From the human T2T-CHM13v2.0 reference genome, Homo sapiens, in NCBI RefSeq assembly GCF_009914755.1, contig NC_060925.1: 64,000 bases of DNA; one strand, given 5' to 3'. How positions within the stretch are numbered: the first letter of the stretch is position 1; each line of letters opens with the position of its first letter. The notes below the pieces were generated by a model. The model saw nothing but the letters and a program-made list of their open reading frames with translations, was not told where the DNA came from and did no database searches. Both the position numbers and the translations under genes were made by a program. Positions 1 through 14,368 of this stretch are shown piece after piece.

Positions 1-387
<387 letters not shown>

Positions 388-864
388 TCACTAGGCTATC
401 CCCTGCCCACCCAGACTCCATCATGAAATGAAAGGCAGGCATAGCACAATATTAGTCAGATAAGAGTCTCATATTATGTGGGAACCATGCCATTTTATTT
501 CTGAAACAGCAACTTCATTGTGAGGCTTAGAAATCCCTGAGCTTTGTGGCAACTGAAGACCTGTCACCGTCACCGTAGCTGGAGTAGTGAGCAACACGAG
601 GTGGTGGGACAAAAGCCATTCCTTTAAGTGTCCTCTGTACCTGACAAAAGAGGACATCACCAAAGACCTAGCATACAGTTGGTACTCATAAAGGTTGGCT
701 GAATTGAGGCTAATTTTCTAGCTGCAGCACCAGTCCTGTTTATAAAAACCGGTCAAATCAATCTTCTACAAGGAATTGAACTTCGAGCACTTTGAAGTTT
801 CTAAATGGAAGTCTGTATGTTTCATCAAGCTTAAAAAACAGTCCAAGGCATTGATGTAGCAAGG

Positions 865-1040
865 CGTTATGGTGTCATAGAAAGGAAACTGGACAAAGAG
901 TTAAAACAAAAACGGATTTGAATCATGGTCTGTCTCGATGCCTCAGTTTCCTAATGTGGAAAACAATTTTATTTTTCACAAGATTCTAAAAATCCAATAT
1001 AATTGCGTTAGGTGAAAAGCATTCTGTGTACGGTGACAAG
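865..1040 (+). mobile_element. MIR fragment
   Basis: MIR core-like GCCTCAGTTTCCT and TTTGAATC motifs. Confidence 0.5.
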
Positions 1041-1059
1041 TTATACAAGTATAAATAAT

Positions 1060-1340
1060 CAATATCATTACTAACAATTACATTATTATTAATTGAATGA
1101 GTGTATTCACCCATTAATCATTACCAATCCATTATTACATGTGTATTATTAATGATTATTATTCAATTATTATATGTATTCATTTATTATACATGTAATA
1201 ATTGAGTAATAAATTATTCAATTATAATTAATAAATAATAGTTAATTATTACATGTGTAATAATTGAATACATGTACTAATTGAGTAATAATAACAAATA
1301 CACATGTAATAACTGGATACACTGAAGGAAGTGTATTCAC
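1060..1340. repeat. AT-rich low-complexity block with internal direct and inverted repeats
   Basis: Recurrent TACATGT, ATTATT and TAATTGA words; 1127-1147 is nearly the reverse complement of 1297-1318. Confidence 0.85.
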
Positions 1341-1444
1341 TTATGGTTTATAAACATTCCAACATCAGATATGTAATATTTGCCTCTTTGTCATTTAGAA
1401 TAATCTGTATCACTAGTCAAGTGTTTGTATCCAAAACCCAGGAA

Positions 1445-1607
1445 CAGGGTCGACTTCGTGGGTGTGTCACCTGAGAGGTGACACACGGTTCCAAGCTTAA
1501 AGGGCCTTGTGCTTGGTTTAATGCTCTGCTGTTTCCATCCTGAAATTCTTATTAGCGTATGCATTTTTATTTTGTGCTGGACCTCATAAATTATGTAGCC
1601 AGTCCTG
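1445..1607 (+). mobile_element. MER91A-like hAT-Tip100 DNA transposon
   Basis: CAGGGTCGACTTCGTGGG start, CTTGGTTTAATGCTCTGCTG core, AAATTATGTAGCCAGTCCTG end. Confidence 0.8.
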
Positions 1608-2619
1608 TGGTGTGAATAAAAGCTGAATCTGAAGCTGCCAGGGTAGGAGAGTTGGAGGAAAAGGTGGGCTTACAGGAGGAAGCTCCTAGCTGTCTGCACA
1701 GGAGGGTAGTACTCAGTTGCATCTGACTGCAGCACTGAATAAGAATCTCAGGGACCTTGGATATCATTCAGACCCATCTCTCATTTCAATTGAAGAAATC
1801 AAGAGTCCCAGATTTTCGGCCATTTGCCCGAGGTGCCCACCTCACCAGCAGGGTGTCCTCTACATTCTGTCTAATGAATGAATGGCCTGCCCTGGAACAT
1901 AAGTAGGGCTTCCGCGTTGTTGTAGGACAGCTTTGTGTTCCAGATCACAGATGTCTCTTTCATAAGCCACACCTCCTCCCACTGCTGTGTGGGCCACAGC
2001 TCCGGTTAGATGATAACTCTTTGACTTTTTCTCAAAGTCCCTGAAATCAGTCACAGAGAAAATGGACTGATCCTTTACATCAATCTGAGTGTCCTTGTGC
2101 GTGTGTTTCATTTTGCTTTCTATTCATCCTCAATGATTGCCAACCTGCTTGTGAGATGTACCTGAGAATAACCTTCAGACAAACGCAGTGGGCTCTGCAT
2201 TGATGGTGCTGATTCAGAACACATTTGGGGTGTTGTGTCATCTGTCTATTAGAATGCTTCCAAAGGATGACGACTCACTGATAGATAATGTTTTGTTTAC
2301 AAGCATGTCCTTGGGTATGAGACTTTGTAGTGTCATGACTGACCGTAAATCTCACTGGCAGTAGCACAGCATATGAAACACCTTCTGCTCTAGTCATTAC
2401 TTTATGTTCATCACAAACAAATCAGAACAAATTCTGAATGCGAATCTCCTTTCAAGTTAGCTGACTCAGGCTGTCGGAACTCATGTAAAAGCGAACCAAA
2501 TATGACAGGAGGTGAAAGCTGGCCGTAGAACTGGAAACGGCAGAACGTCATTGAAGTCTGCCTAAGAACTAGTCAGCATCCCACCTGCTTGCTCACAGTC
2601 ACACTCAACATCTCTGTGG

Positions 2620-5010
<2,391 letters not shown>

Positions 5011-5105
5011 ATTGGTTTAATGTGTAACCATGAGTGAACAAAATTGTTTTCAAAAAATAGACAAACCTCACTGAACCTCAATGAACACTGAAAAGTAAGA
5101 ATAAA

Positions 5106-5476
<371 letters not shown>

Positions 5477-5719
5477 TTAAAATATACCTGATTTGGTACT
5501 GAATGATTGTAACTAAGTTTTTAAACAGTGTTCATGGCGTGACTGTAAACCCAGCTCACTTTTAGAAAAACGTTTTTACCAACCCAAACAGTATCCTACT
5601 CAACACCAGTTATATTTGTGGGAAGAGAGATAGAGTTTTCTGGGGAAAGGCCCACTCTTCTAAGAAAATATATGGTTTTCTTTGCATTACTTTTCCTTCT
5701 TTATTCCCTATTCACGCTA

Positions 5720-6116
5720 TTGAACATGTCTATCCCAACCCTTTTTTCTGGTCACATAATCCAGGTCTGACCACTTGGCCTTCTTCTTCTCAATGTAATT
5801 GATTTAGGAATGAGTTTGTGGCCCAAACAAATGGAAAGAGATATAATCCTGGGAATCTGAATGAAATAATTGGTAAGATAAAGTTTTCTTTTCACTGAGG
5901 TAGACAGTAGAATATAAACTTGGAACTGGTATGGCCATCTTGTCATCTCTTGAAGACAGCCTGCCTAAGAATGAAAATCAATGCTGAGAAATATAGGACA
6001 GAGTCCTGACAATGTCAGTTAAACCTGAATCCAGCAACTCTGATAGCTATCCCTGATTGCTTAGTTATTTGAGCCATTTCATTATTGTTAATTGCCCTTA
6101 CAGCATTTTCAGCTGA
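5720..6116 (+). mobile_element. Old MaLR LTR (MLT1K/L-like), interrupted by MLT1A
   Basis: GCCATCTTG...AGCCTGCCTAAGAATGAA...GAGTCCTGAC motifs typical of MLT1J-L. Confidence 0.55.
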
Positions 6117-6121
6117 GTTGG

Positions 6122-6518
6122 TGTTGTAGAATGAACATTTGTGTCCTACCACAAATTCATATGTTGAAGTTCTAACCTCCAGTGTGGCTGTATTTGGACA
6201 CAGGGCCTTTAGGGAAGTAATGGAGGTTAAATGAGGTCATAGGGGTGGGGCCCTGATCCAATAGGATTGGTGTCCTTATAGGAAGAGCCACTGAGCTTGC
6301 TTTCTCTCTCCAGGTGCACATATTGAGGAAAGGCCATGTGAGGATATAGTGAGCAGGCCACCTGCTATGAGCCAGGAAGGGACCCCCTCACCAGAAACAG
6401 AATTTTCTGGCTCCTTGATTATGGACTTCTAGGTTTCAGAACTGTGAGAAAATAAATGTCTGTTGTTGAAGCTACCCAACCTGTGGTTTTTGCTGTGGCA
6501 GCTGAGCAGACTAATTCA
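6122..6518 (+). mobile_element. MLT1A-type MaLR solo LTR
   Basis: TG...CA termini, AAATTCATATGTTGAAG, CAGAACTGTGAGAAAATAAA; perfect 5-bp TSD GTTGG (6117-6121 / 6519-6523). Confidence 0.9.
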
Positions 6519-7322
6519 GTTGGGGTCACTTAAAACTATGAGTCTCCAGTCATCCAGGAAGTAGGGGTGCAAAGGCAGATTTGTACTGTGACCCTGTCAT
6601 GGCAATTCATTCTACTGGCAAAAATTTCCCTCAATTAAAACCCAAATGATTTCAAAACACCCCATAATAGGATCAGCAAGAGACTCCACCAAGACTGAAA
6701 ATCCACTGTGCCAACAAAAGCCTTCTAAATGCACGTTTTAGACTTTCCTTTTACCTTTTCAAGTGGCTCACTGGCAAAAATCAAGGTTCTAATTAAATCT
6801 AAAGGGCTATCCAATCACACGGTTGGCACCAATTACTCATTTAACTATGTATGTGTTAAGCATAAGCTAATTGCCTTTCTCTCAAACCAGAGCCAGTTCA
6901 GATCAGGCCATTCAAGAGCATTTAAACTTGGCACAAGAGGGTAGCACTGAAAACTGACAATAAAGAATTCTCTCTTGCAGGAGAACCTTTCAGGAGGCTT
7001 TCAATCAATTTTTGCAAGTTCCAAAACTCAAAGAAGCAAAGCTAACTATGTAGCTGGTGTATTTCTTTCTAGATCTTGAAGCATTAATAAAAAGATGGAC
7101 TCATCTGAGAATCAAATATCTGGTGAAACTATACATAAATAGATATATTTGTGTGTCTGTGTTCATGTGTGTGCATGTGGATATGTGTGTGTGTGTATAA
7201 TTGCATGATGTTCTTCCTCACCTTCAAATTCTGACAGATTCTAAGGAGGAAGGGCACAGATGTGTTTCCTGCAAAAGAGCCCCGAGTATCTTTTTTCACC
7301 TCCCTTCCTTCCCTTTGTCCAG

Positions 7323-7492
7323 ATGAGAATCTTTGTTTTAGGGGAAATGGAATTTAATATGTAAAATTTATTCTCAGTGAGTTTCACCAAAATAGGAACC
7401 ATATCTCTAACCTTATATTATTATTATCTGTACAATACCTGTCAAACGGAGCCCCCAGTAAATGCTGAAAGCACTTCACATCCATTGGGAAG
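7323..7492 (+). other. Candidate non-coding cassette exon (170 nt)
   Basis: Long pyrimidine tract ending TGTCCAG before 7323; donor AAG|GTGAGT after 7492; stop codons in all three frames. Confidence 0.3.
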
Positions 7493-7605
7493 GTGAGTGC
7501 ATTTCCCTAACGTATTTTAGAGTATAATTAACACACAGTGCCTAACAGAGAAAATCATTTTTGTGTGTTCAGCTAAACACTCAACTCCACATAAGTTGCA
7601 TTTGA

Positions 7606-8069
<464 letters not shown>

Positions 8070-8259
8070 GCTAAGAAGCTATAGGACAAGAGAGGCAGCT
8101 TGCCAGCAGGAAAGGCATTAAGTGCTCTGCTTTCTGGGGGAGTTTTGCAGTAGTTCACCCACTGTCAGGAGCTACAAGGCTCACATCCAGCTGGTGTGAG
8201 GGCATCATGACTTAAAAGCTACATGCCTCACATCTCTTGTAATAACTTCATAGACATAG

Positions 8260-8616
8260 TGATGCGGTTTGGCTGTGTCCCCACCCAAATCTCATCTTGG
8301 ATTTCCACATGTTGTGGGAGGGACTCAGTGGGAGGTAACTGAATCATGAGGGCAAGTTTTTCCCATGCTGTTCCTGTGGTAGTGAATAAGTCTCATTAGA
8401 TCTGATGGTTTTAAAAAGAGGAGTTTCCCTGCACGAGCTCTCTCTCTTTGCCTGCTGCCATCCATATAAGACGTGACGTGATCCTCCTTGCCTTCTGCCA
8501 TGATTGTGAGGATTTCCCAGTCACATGGAACTGTAAGTCCAATTAAACCTCTTTCTTTTGTAAATTGCCCAGCCTCAGGTGTGTCTTTATCAGCAGCATG
8601 AAAACAGACGAATACA
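8260..8616 (+). mobile_element. THE1-family (THE1B/C-like) MaLR solo LTR
   Basis: TGAT.CGGTTTGGCTGTGTCCCCACCCAAATCTCATCTTG start, ATTAAA signal, AATACA end; TSD CATAG/CAGAG. Confidence 0.95.
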
Positions 8617-9424
8617 CAGAGCTTGCAGGGACCCCACTAGAGATGTGCCAGTTACCCGAGTCACAGTCTGAGATGGTCAGAGTTATGGCTTCCTTTCAGG
8701 TATTTACAGGTCACCCAGTACAGGAATGACACCCATTAGTACCAATCAGGGATCACTTTACAATGTTGCCTAGTGACAAAGTTGAAACATACCACCTTTG
8801 TATGTTTGCAGAGAAACAGAGCTAGAAAGATAAGATCAAATTTTCATGCAGAAGGGGAAAGAAAGCATTCCTTTGTTAAGCCTTTATTCACAAGGTACAT
8901 ATCTTTACTCACATTATGCCCCTATTTTAAAAGCTTAAGAAATGTAAACATTATGTCAAAAATTTTTCATTCTTGGTTTAGCTGAATCTCAAAGCCACCA
9001 GTTGGAAGGATCATGCCAATCAAGGAAGCAGATGGCTTGCTTTGGGCTTCTTCAACAAAATCACCTAGATCCTAAATTGCTGTTTCTGTGACAATCCATA
9101 TTGTCTGTTTCTGTTGCACATGATACCACAGGATTTGCTAATCTCTAACCTAATTTGTAAATAGGAAGTAAATTTCTACTTCAGAGCTTCTATCATCTAG
9201 TTTTTCTTCACCTGACTGCTATATGGTCTGCTTCATTTTGTTATGTTGCTTACTTGAAAAGACCATGGAGAAAATGTATTTGTTATTTAAATAAATACCC
9301 AAATTTGCAACTCCAGATCTTAACTCTGCTAATAAAAGAAACTTTTAAAAGAAACAATCTTGGCCTAAGTAAGGAATTCTTACCCTTGTTACATAAACCT
9401 AGAGATCTAAAGAAGTAATTATTA

Positions 9425-9585
9425 GCCCTGGTTGCATTCACTTAAAGATCTTTTTAAAAATACTGACGCCTGAACCATACTGCAGGCCAATTAAATCACA
9501 ATGTCTAGAGAGATAGGGTCCAGGCACAGAATGTTCTTAAAGCTCCCCAGATAATTCTAATGTAGAGCCAGCGTTAAGAACTTTT
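9425..9585. mobile_element. MER5A/B fragment
   Basis: CCAATTAAATCA...CCAGGCA...AAAGCTCCCCAGATAATTCTAATGT...TTAAGAAC. Confidence 0.7.
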
Positions 9586-9868
9586 GAAACTAAAGTCTAT
9601 CACTGAGAGAAAATTATTTTTCCTTCCTGTCACCCTTCCTCCCCTTCTCCTTTTTTTTAAGAAAGAAAATACTGGGAAAGAAATCCTAGGCTGTAATTAT
9701 GTGGGTTGGTTACAGCTTTCTTTACAAACACTCCTGGGTTATCAGAAGAACTGCTCTAACCTTGGGGCAGGTGGACTCTTCCTATAATGACATGTAATTA
9801 TTAGTATTATTAATACTTTTGCAATCATATTAATAATTAAGGTTCTTTTGCAATAAAAAAGAGACATG

Positions 9869-10015
9869 GGCCAGGCAGGTTGGCTCATGCCTATAATCCC
9901 AGCACTTTGGGAGGCTGATGCAGGAAGACTGGCTTGAGCTAAGAAGTTTGAGGCCGCAGTGAGCTATGTTTGCACCACTGCACTCCAGCCTGGGTGACAG
10001 ACAGAGAGAGAGAGA
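9869..10015 (+). mobile_element. Monomeric Alu (FRAM/FAM-like)
   Basis: Single ~140-bp arm running from GGCCAGGC to CACTCCAGCCTGGGTGACAG; TSD AAAAAGAGACATG encloses the monomer and its purine tail. Confidence 0.85.
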
Positions 10016-10155
10016 TGAAAGGAAGAAAGGAAAGGAAGAAAGGAAGAAAGGAAGGAAGGAAGAAGCAAGGAAGGAAGGAAGGAAGGAAGGAAGGAAGGAA
10101 GGAAGGAAGGAAGAGAGAGAGAAAGGAAGGAAGGAAGGAAGGAAGGAAGGAAGGA

Positions 10156-10188
<33 letters not shown>

Positions 10189-10325
10189 AAGGAAGGAAGG
10201 AAGGAAGAAAGGAAGGAAGGAAGGAAGGAAGGGAGGGAAAGAAAGAAAGAAAGAAAAGAAAAAAGAAAACAAAAGAAGGAAGGAAGGGGAAAAAAGAAAG
10301 AGAGAAAGAAAGAGAAAGAAAGAAA
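10002..10325. repeat. Compound (GGAA)n/(GAAA)n/(GA)n polypurine microsatellite
   Basis: 11 consecutive GGAA at 10069-10112, 8 at 10125-10156, plus GAAA and GA runs. Confidence 0.98.
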
Positions 10326-10461
10326 AAGAGACATGAATCTAAGCTAAAAAATTAGACAAAGATTAGGTTCTGCACTTCAGTTTAAAAAAGAAGAAATAAG
10401 TACGCAAATCTATCATTTAATGAGAGCAAATATTTATGTCTCCATGTCTTAAAAATGCAGA

Positions 10462-11323
10462 TGTGGCATAGACTGGCGAGATGCTCACCCACCTGTTTCC
10501 TTTCTTCCTGAGCATGTGCCTGAACATTTCCCAGCTTCCTTTGTCCATGGATATAGTGACGTGACTGAGAATAGTCAGTGGAATACGGGCAGATGTAAAT
10601 ATCACATCCAGAGCTGGTCAATGAAGCCTACCCATACATGACTGTGATAGTTACTTTTATGTGTCAGCTTGGCTGGGCGACAACGCCCAGATAAGTAGTT
10701 AAACATTATTCTGGACGTTTCTGTGAAGGTACTTTTGAATGAGATTAACATTCACATCAGTGGGCTTTGAATAAAACAGATTGCCTACAAGAATGTGCCT
10801 CATCCAATCAGTTAAAGGCCTGTATATAACAAAAGACTGACCACCCCCAACTGAAAAAAGAATTCTGTAGGAGATGGCCTTCGAACTTGAATGGAAACAT
10901 CTACTCTTCTCTGGGTTTCCAAAGTTCTGGCCTATTCTATAAATTATAGACTTGCTAGCCTCCATAAACATAAGCCAATTCCTTAAAATAAATCTTTCTT
11001 TCCTTTCTCTCTCTCTCTCTCTTTATACACACACACATACATTTTATACTCACACATATACACTTTATACACACACACATAGACATACCCGTATTCTATT
11101 GGTTCTGTTTTTCTGGAGAACCCTGACTAATACAATGAATTTCTAGGAAGAACTCTTAAGAATGAAGAAAGAATTTGGGTTTCTTTGTTGGAAGTCCTCT
11201 TGCCAACCAGGGACATCCACATGGACTTAGCATGAATGGGAAATAAACTTTCATTGTGTTAAGCTACTGAAATTTGTGGTTGTGATTGTTATAGCTGCCA
11301 GCATTACTTGATCTAACTAATAT
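10462..11323 (+). mobile_element. Old MLT1 (I/J-like) LTR interrupted by MLT2
   Basis: TTTCCTTTCTTCCTG...CATTTCCCAGCTTCC 5' part; GAAATAAACTTTCATTGTGTTAAGCTACTGA...CTAACTAATA 3' part. Confidence 0.65.
10643..11134 (+). mobile_element. MLT2 (C/D-like) ERVL solo LTR with internal (TC)/(CA) repeat
   Basis: TGTGATAGTTACTTTTATGTGTCAGCTTGGCTGG start; CTGGAGAACCCTGACTAATACA end; TSD ATGAC/ATGAA. Confidence 0.9.
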
Positions 11324-11378
11324 AGCAGATGGTGAATGAGATGGTTGTTAATTTCCCTTTATCGCTGACATTCTAAAG

Positions 11379-11555
11379 CAGTGGTTCTCAAACTCAGCTG
11401 TGCATAAAAAAATCTTAAAGCTTTGAGAAAGTACTCATACTTGGTCTTTACCCCGAAATTACGATTTCTTTGGTTTCTGAGGTATAGCCCAGGCACTGGA
11501 ATTTCTAAATTCTCTCCAGGTGATTCTAATATGTCAATAATTTGAAGAACTACTG
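11379..11555. mobile_element. MER5 (A/B) DNA transposon
   Basis: CAGTGGTTCTCAAACT left TIR; CCAGGTGATTCTAAT...GAACTACTG right end. Confidence 0.75.
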
Positions 11556-11694
11556 TTATACAGGATGACTGAGACCAGAGTTAAAAGTTCATGGATAAGA
11601 GAAACCAAGAGGGTTCTGTTGGTGAAAGGCTTCATCTGGATGAATGGTATGATTTTCTGGCCTCAAAGCAGAGCTCTTGAGCTATATAATTATC

Positions 11695-11880
11695 GTTATT
11701 ATTAATAGTACCAAGAGGATACATGCATTATCTTACTACCTTGCTAAATTCTCACAATAAAACTCTTCCATAAATATTATGATTCTCACATTTTAAATGA
11801 GAGAAGCAAAGCTCAAACAGAGATTAAGGTAACTTGCTCAAAGTCACACAGCTAAGGAGTAGAGCCCATGCTCCCAACTC
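11695..11880 (-). mobile_element. MIR
   Basis: CATTTTAAATGAG...AAGGTAACTTGCTCAAAGTCACACAGCTAAG. Confidence 0.7.
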
Positions 11881-11912
11881 TAACCTGTAATACCTCCCAT
11901 TATCCTAAAGAA

Positions 11913-12227
11913 AATGCTATCCCACCCCCAGCCCCCCACCCCCTGACAGGCCCTGGTGTGTGATGTTCCCCTCCCTATGTCCATGTGTTCTCATTGTTTA
12001 ACTCCCACTTATGGGTGAGAACATGCAGTGTTTGGTTTTCTGTTCTTGCAATAGTTTGCTGAGAATGACGGTTTCCAGCTTCATTCATGTCCCTGCAAAG
12101 GACATGAACTCATCCTTTTTGATGGCTGCATAGTATTCCAAGGTGTATATGTGGCACATTTTCTTTATCCAGTCTATTATTGATGGACATTTAAATAACA
12201 TATAGTTTCCCAAGCCATTTAGCAGGA
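11913..12227 (+). repeat. Direct local duplicate of 13344-13659 (L1PA piece plus its unique flank)
   Basis: About 94-95% identical to 13344-13659, including the L1 truncation point and ~35 bp of non-L1 flank (ATAACATATA.TTTCCCAAGCCATTT.GCAGGA). Confidence 0.95.
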
Positions 12228-12257
12228 GAACCTGCTATAGATCGAGAACCACTATAA

Positions 12258-12449
12258 TTGAGAACCACTGCTTTAGAATGTCAACGATAAAGGGAAATTA
12301 ACAACCATCTCATTCAACGTCTGCTATGTTAGTTACATCAAGTAATGCTGGCAGCTATAACAGTCACAACCACAAATTTCAGTAGCTTAACACAATGGAA
12401 GTTTATTTCCCATTCATGCTAAGGCCATGTGGATGTCCCTGGTTGGCAA
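12258..12449 (-). repeat. Inverted local duplicate of 11200-11391
   Basis: 192-bp reverse complement, 8 substitutions by manual count, spanning the MLT1 end, unique spacer and MER5 TIR. Confidence 0.97.
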
Positions 12450-12509
12450 ATGTCCTGATTTGCCAAGATTTGTCCTGATAAAGAAAATGTCCTGATCAAA
12501 ATAAGTAAG

Positions 12510-13096
12510 AATCACACTGTGCAACTTGCTGCTCAGATACCTGAAATATTGCATTCAATTCCCAGAGTCCCAGTTTAAAGAAGAAGATAGTAAAATTGTG
12601 TTCAGAGAGGAGCAAGTAGGTTGTTGGAAAGCCTGGCAAGCACGAATAAGTGGAAGAGAAAGGAAGGGTTAGATCCCAGAAAGGCAATGCTAAAAAAGAA
12701 GGAATGATTAAAGAAAGAGAACATAATAGCGCATTCAAATATTGTAAAGTTTGTCACGTGAAAGAGGAATTAGCCTGTTCTCCCTTTGTCCAGAGGGTTA
12801 AATCAGGATCATAAATTAGACATTGCAAAAAAAAAAAAAGAAAGAAAATTCTGTTTGGTATAAAGAAGACCTTCTAATAATTAGAGCTTTTCTGAAAACT
12901 AGCAGGGTTGCTAGGATTTAATGAGAAAATATGTTCTGTAAATGCGTATAAAACACTGAGTATTTTTGTTGCTATTATCATGTAGGTGAGTGTTCCATTC
13001 ATTGAAATGTGCAGGTACATACTGAAATGGTGGTTCTGCACAAGATAGGAATAAGTTAGATGGTCATTAAGGTCCATTCTAATCCTAAGATTTTAT
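12510..13096 (+). mobile_element. CR1/L3 LINE 3' fragment
   Basis: TTCAAATAT...TGTCACGTGAAAGAGGAATTAG, AAGACCTTCTAATAATTAGAGCT, and 3' end TAGATGGTCATTAAGGTCCATTCTAATCCTAAGATT. Confidence 0.65.
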
Positions 13097-13205
13097 CCTC
13101 ACATATCTTGGGTCCCTCCAAAAAAAAAAAAAAGTGTTTTATAAAATGTCTTGTCTAATGACTGGTTGACTGGTGACCAATATATATATATATACCATAT
13201 ATATA

Positions 13206-13624
13206 TTTCTTTAATTTATTTTTTAATTATACTTTAAGTTCTGGGGTACATGTGCAGAACATGCAGTTTTGTTACATAGTTATACACGTGCCTTGGTGGT
13301 TTGCTACACCCATCAACTCGTCACCTACATTAAATAATTCTCCAATGCTATCCCACCTCCCAGCCCCCCACCCCTCAACAGGCCCTGGTGTGTGATGTTC
13401 CCCTCCCTATGTCCACGTGTTCTCATTGTTCAACTCCCACTTATGGGTGAGAACATGTAGTGTTTGGTTTTCTGTTCTTGTGATAGTTTGCTGAGAATGA
13501 TGGCTTCCAGATGCATCCATGTCCCTGCAAAGGACATGAACTCATCCTTTTTGATGGCTGCATAGTATTCCAAGGTGTATATGTGGTACATTTTCTTTAT
13601 CCAGTCTATTATTGATGGACATTT
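13206..13624 (-). mobile_element. L1PA (L1PA7/8-like) 3' end, 5'-truncated
   Basis: TTATACTTTAAGTTCTGGGGTACATGTGCAG 3' UTR; ORF2 C-terminal peptide IDWIKKM.HIYT.EYYAAIKKDEFMSFAGTWM in minus ORF 13430-13684. Confidence 0.95.
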
Positions 13625-14101
13625 ATATAACATATATTTTCCCAAGCCATTTCGCAGGATATGCAGTCTATTTCTTCCCACCATAAAAGTTAAAGAAAAT
13701 CTACAGCAATAATTTGGTCAATTGTGGTTTACTGAAAACTTACTAGGAGGCTAACTTTGAGATATTCACTTTACTTGAATATAAATATCACGAAGTACAT
13801 ATAGTGGATAGAGTACTTCCTGAGACAGCACGAAGGCCCATGTCTGTCCCCTTTAGCTCCTCCCATAGTCAATCATTGTGTTGAGTTGTTCAGTCTGCAT
13901 TGTCTCATCTTCTCCATGGCAAGCTTTTCTGAACAGGTCCACTACGCTTTGGTATTCTCTCCACAGTATAGCTCAGTGATTGCCACACCACAGATGCTCA
14001 ACAAAAGTTTGATTTGGAGATGACCTAGACCCTACAAAAGTTGTCTGTGGTCCTGCACTCACAGCATGATAACTGAGGGATAATGTACAAGGAAAAATGT
14101 G

Positions 14102-14368
14102 TTTTTTTTTTCTTTTAAAAAAATTTTATATAAATGTAAGGGATACAAGTGTAGTTCTGTTACATGGATATATTGCCTAGTGATGAAGCCTGGGCTGTCA
14201 GTATACCCATCTCCCAAATAGTGGACATTGTATCCGTTAAGTAATTTCTCATTCCTCATCCCCCTTGTACCCTCCCACTTTTCCAAGTCTCCAATGACTA
14301 TTATTCCACTCTCTGAATCCATATGTACACATTATTTCACTCCCACTTATAAGTGAGAACATGTGGTA
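14102..14368 (-). mobile_element. L1PB/L1MA 3' end fragment
   Basis: GGATACAAGTGTAG...TGTTACATGGATATATTGC...CTCCCACTTATAAGTGAGAACATG. Confidence 0.85.

Noticed and set aside
8505-8530. PRDM9 hotspot motif in the THE1 LTR
   Set aside because: The corresponding position reads GATTTCCCAGTCAC, not CCTCCCTAGCCAC.
9939-10355. Four overlapping 100-130 aa K/E/G/R- or F/L/S/P-rich ORFs
   Set aside because: Stop-free translations of the GGAA/GAAA microsatellite; the same applies to 24605-24897.
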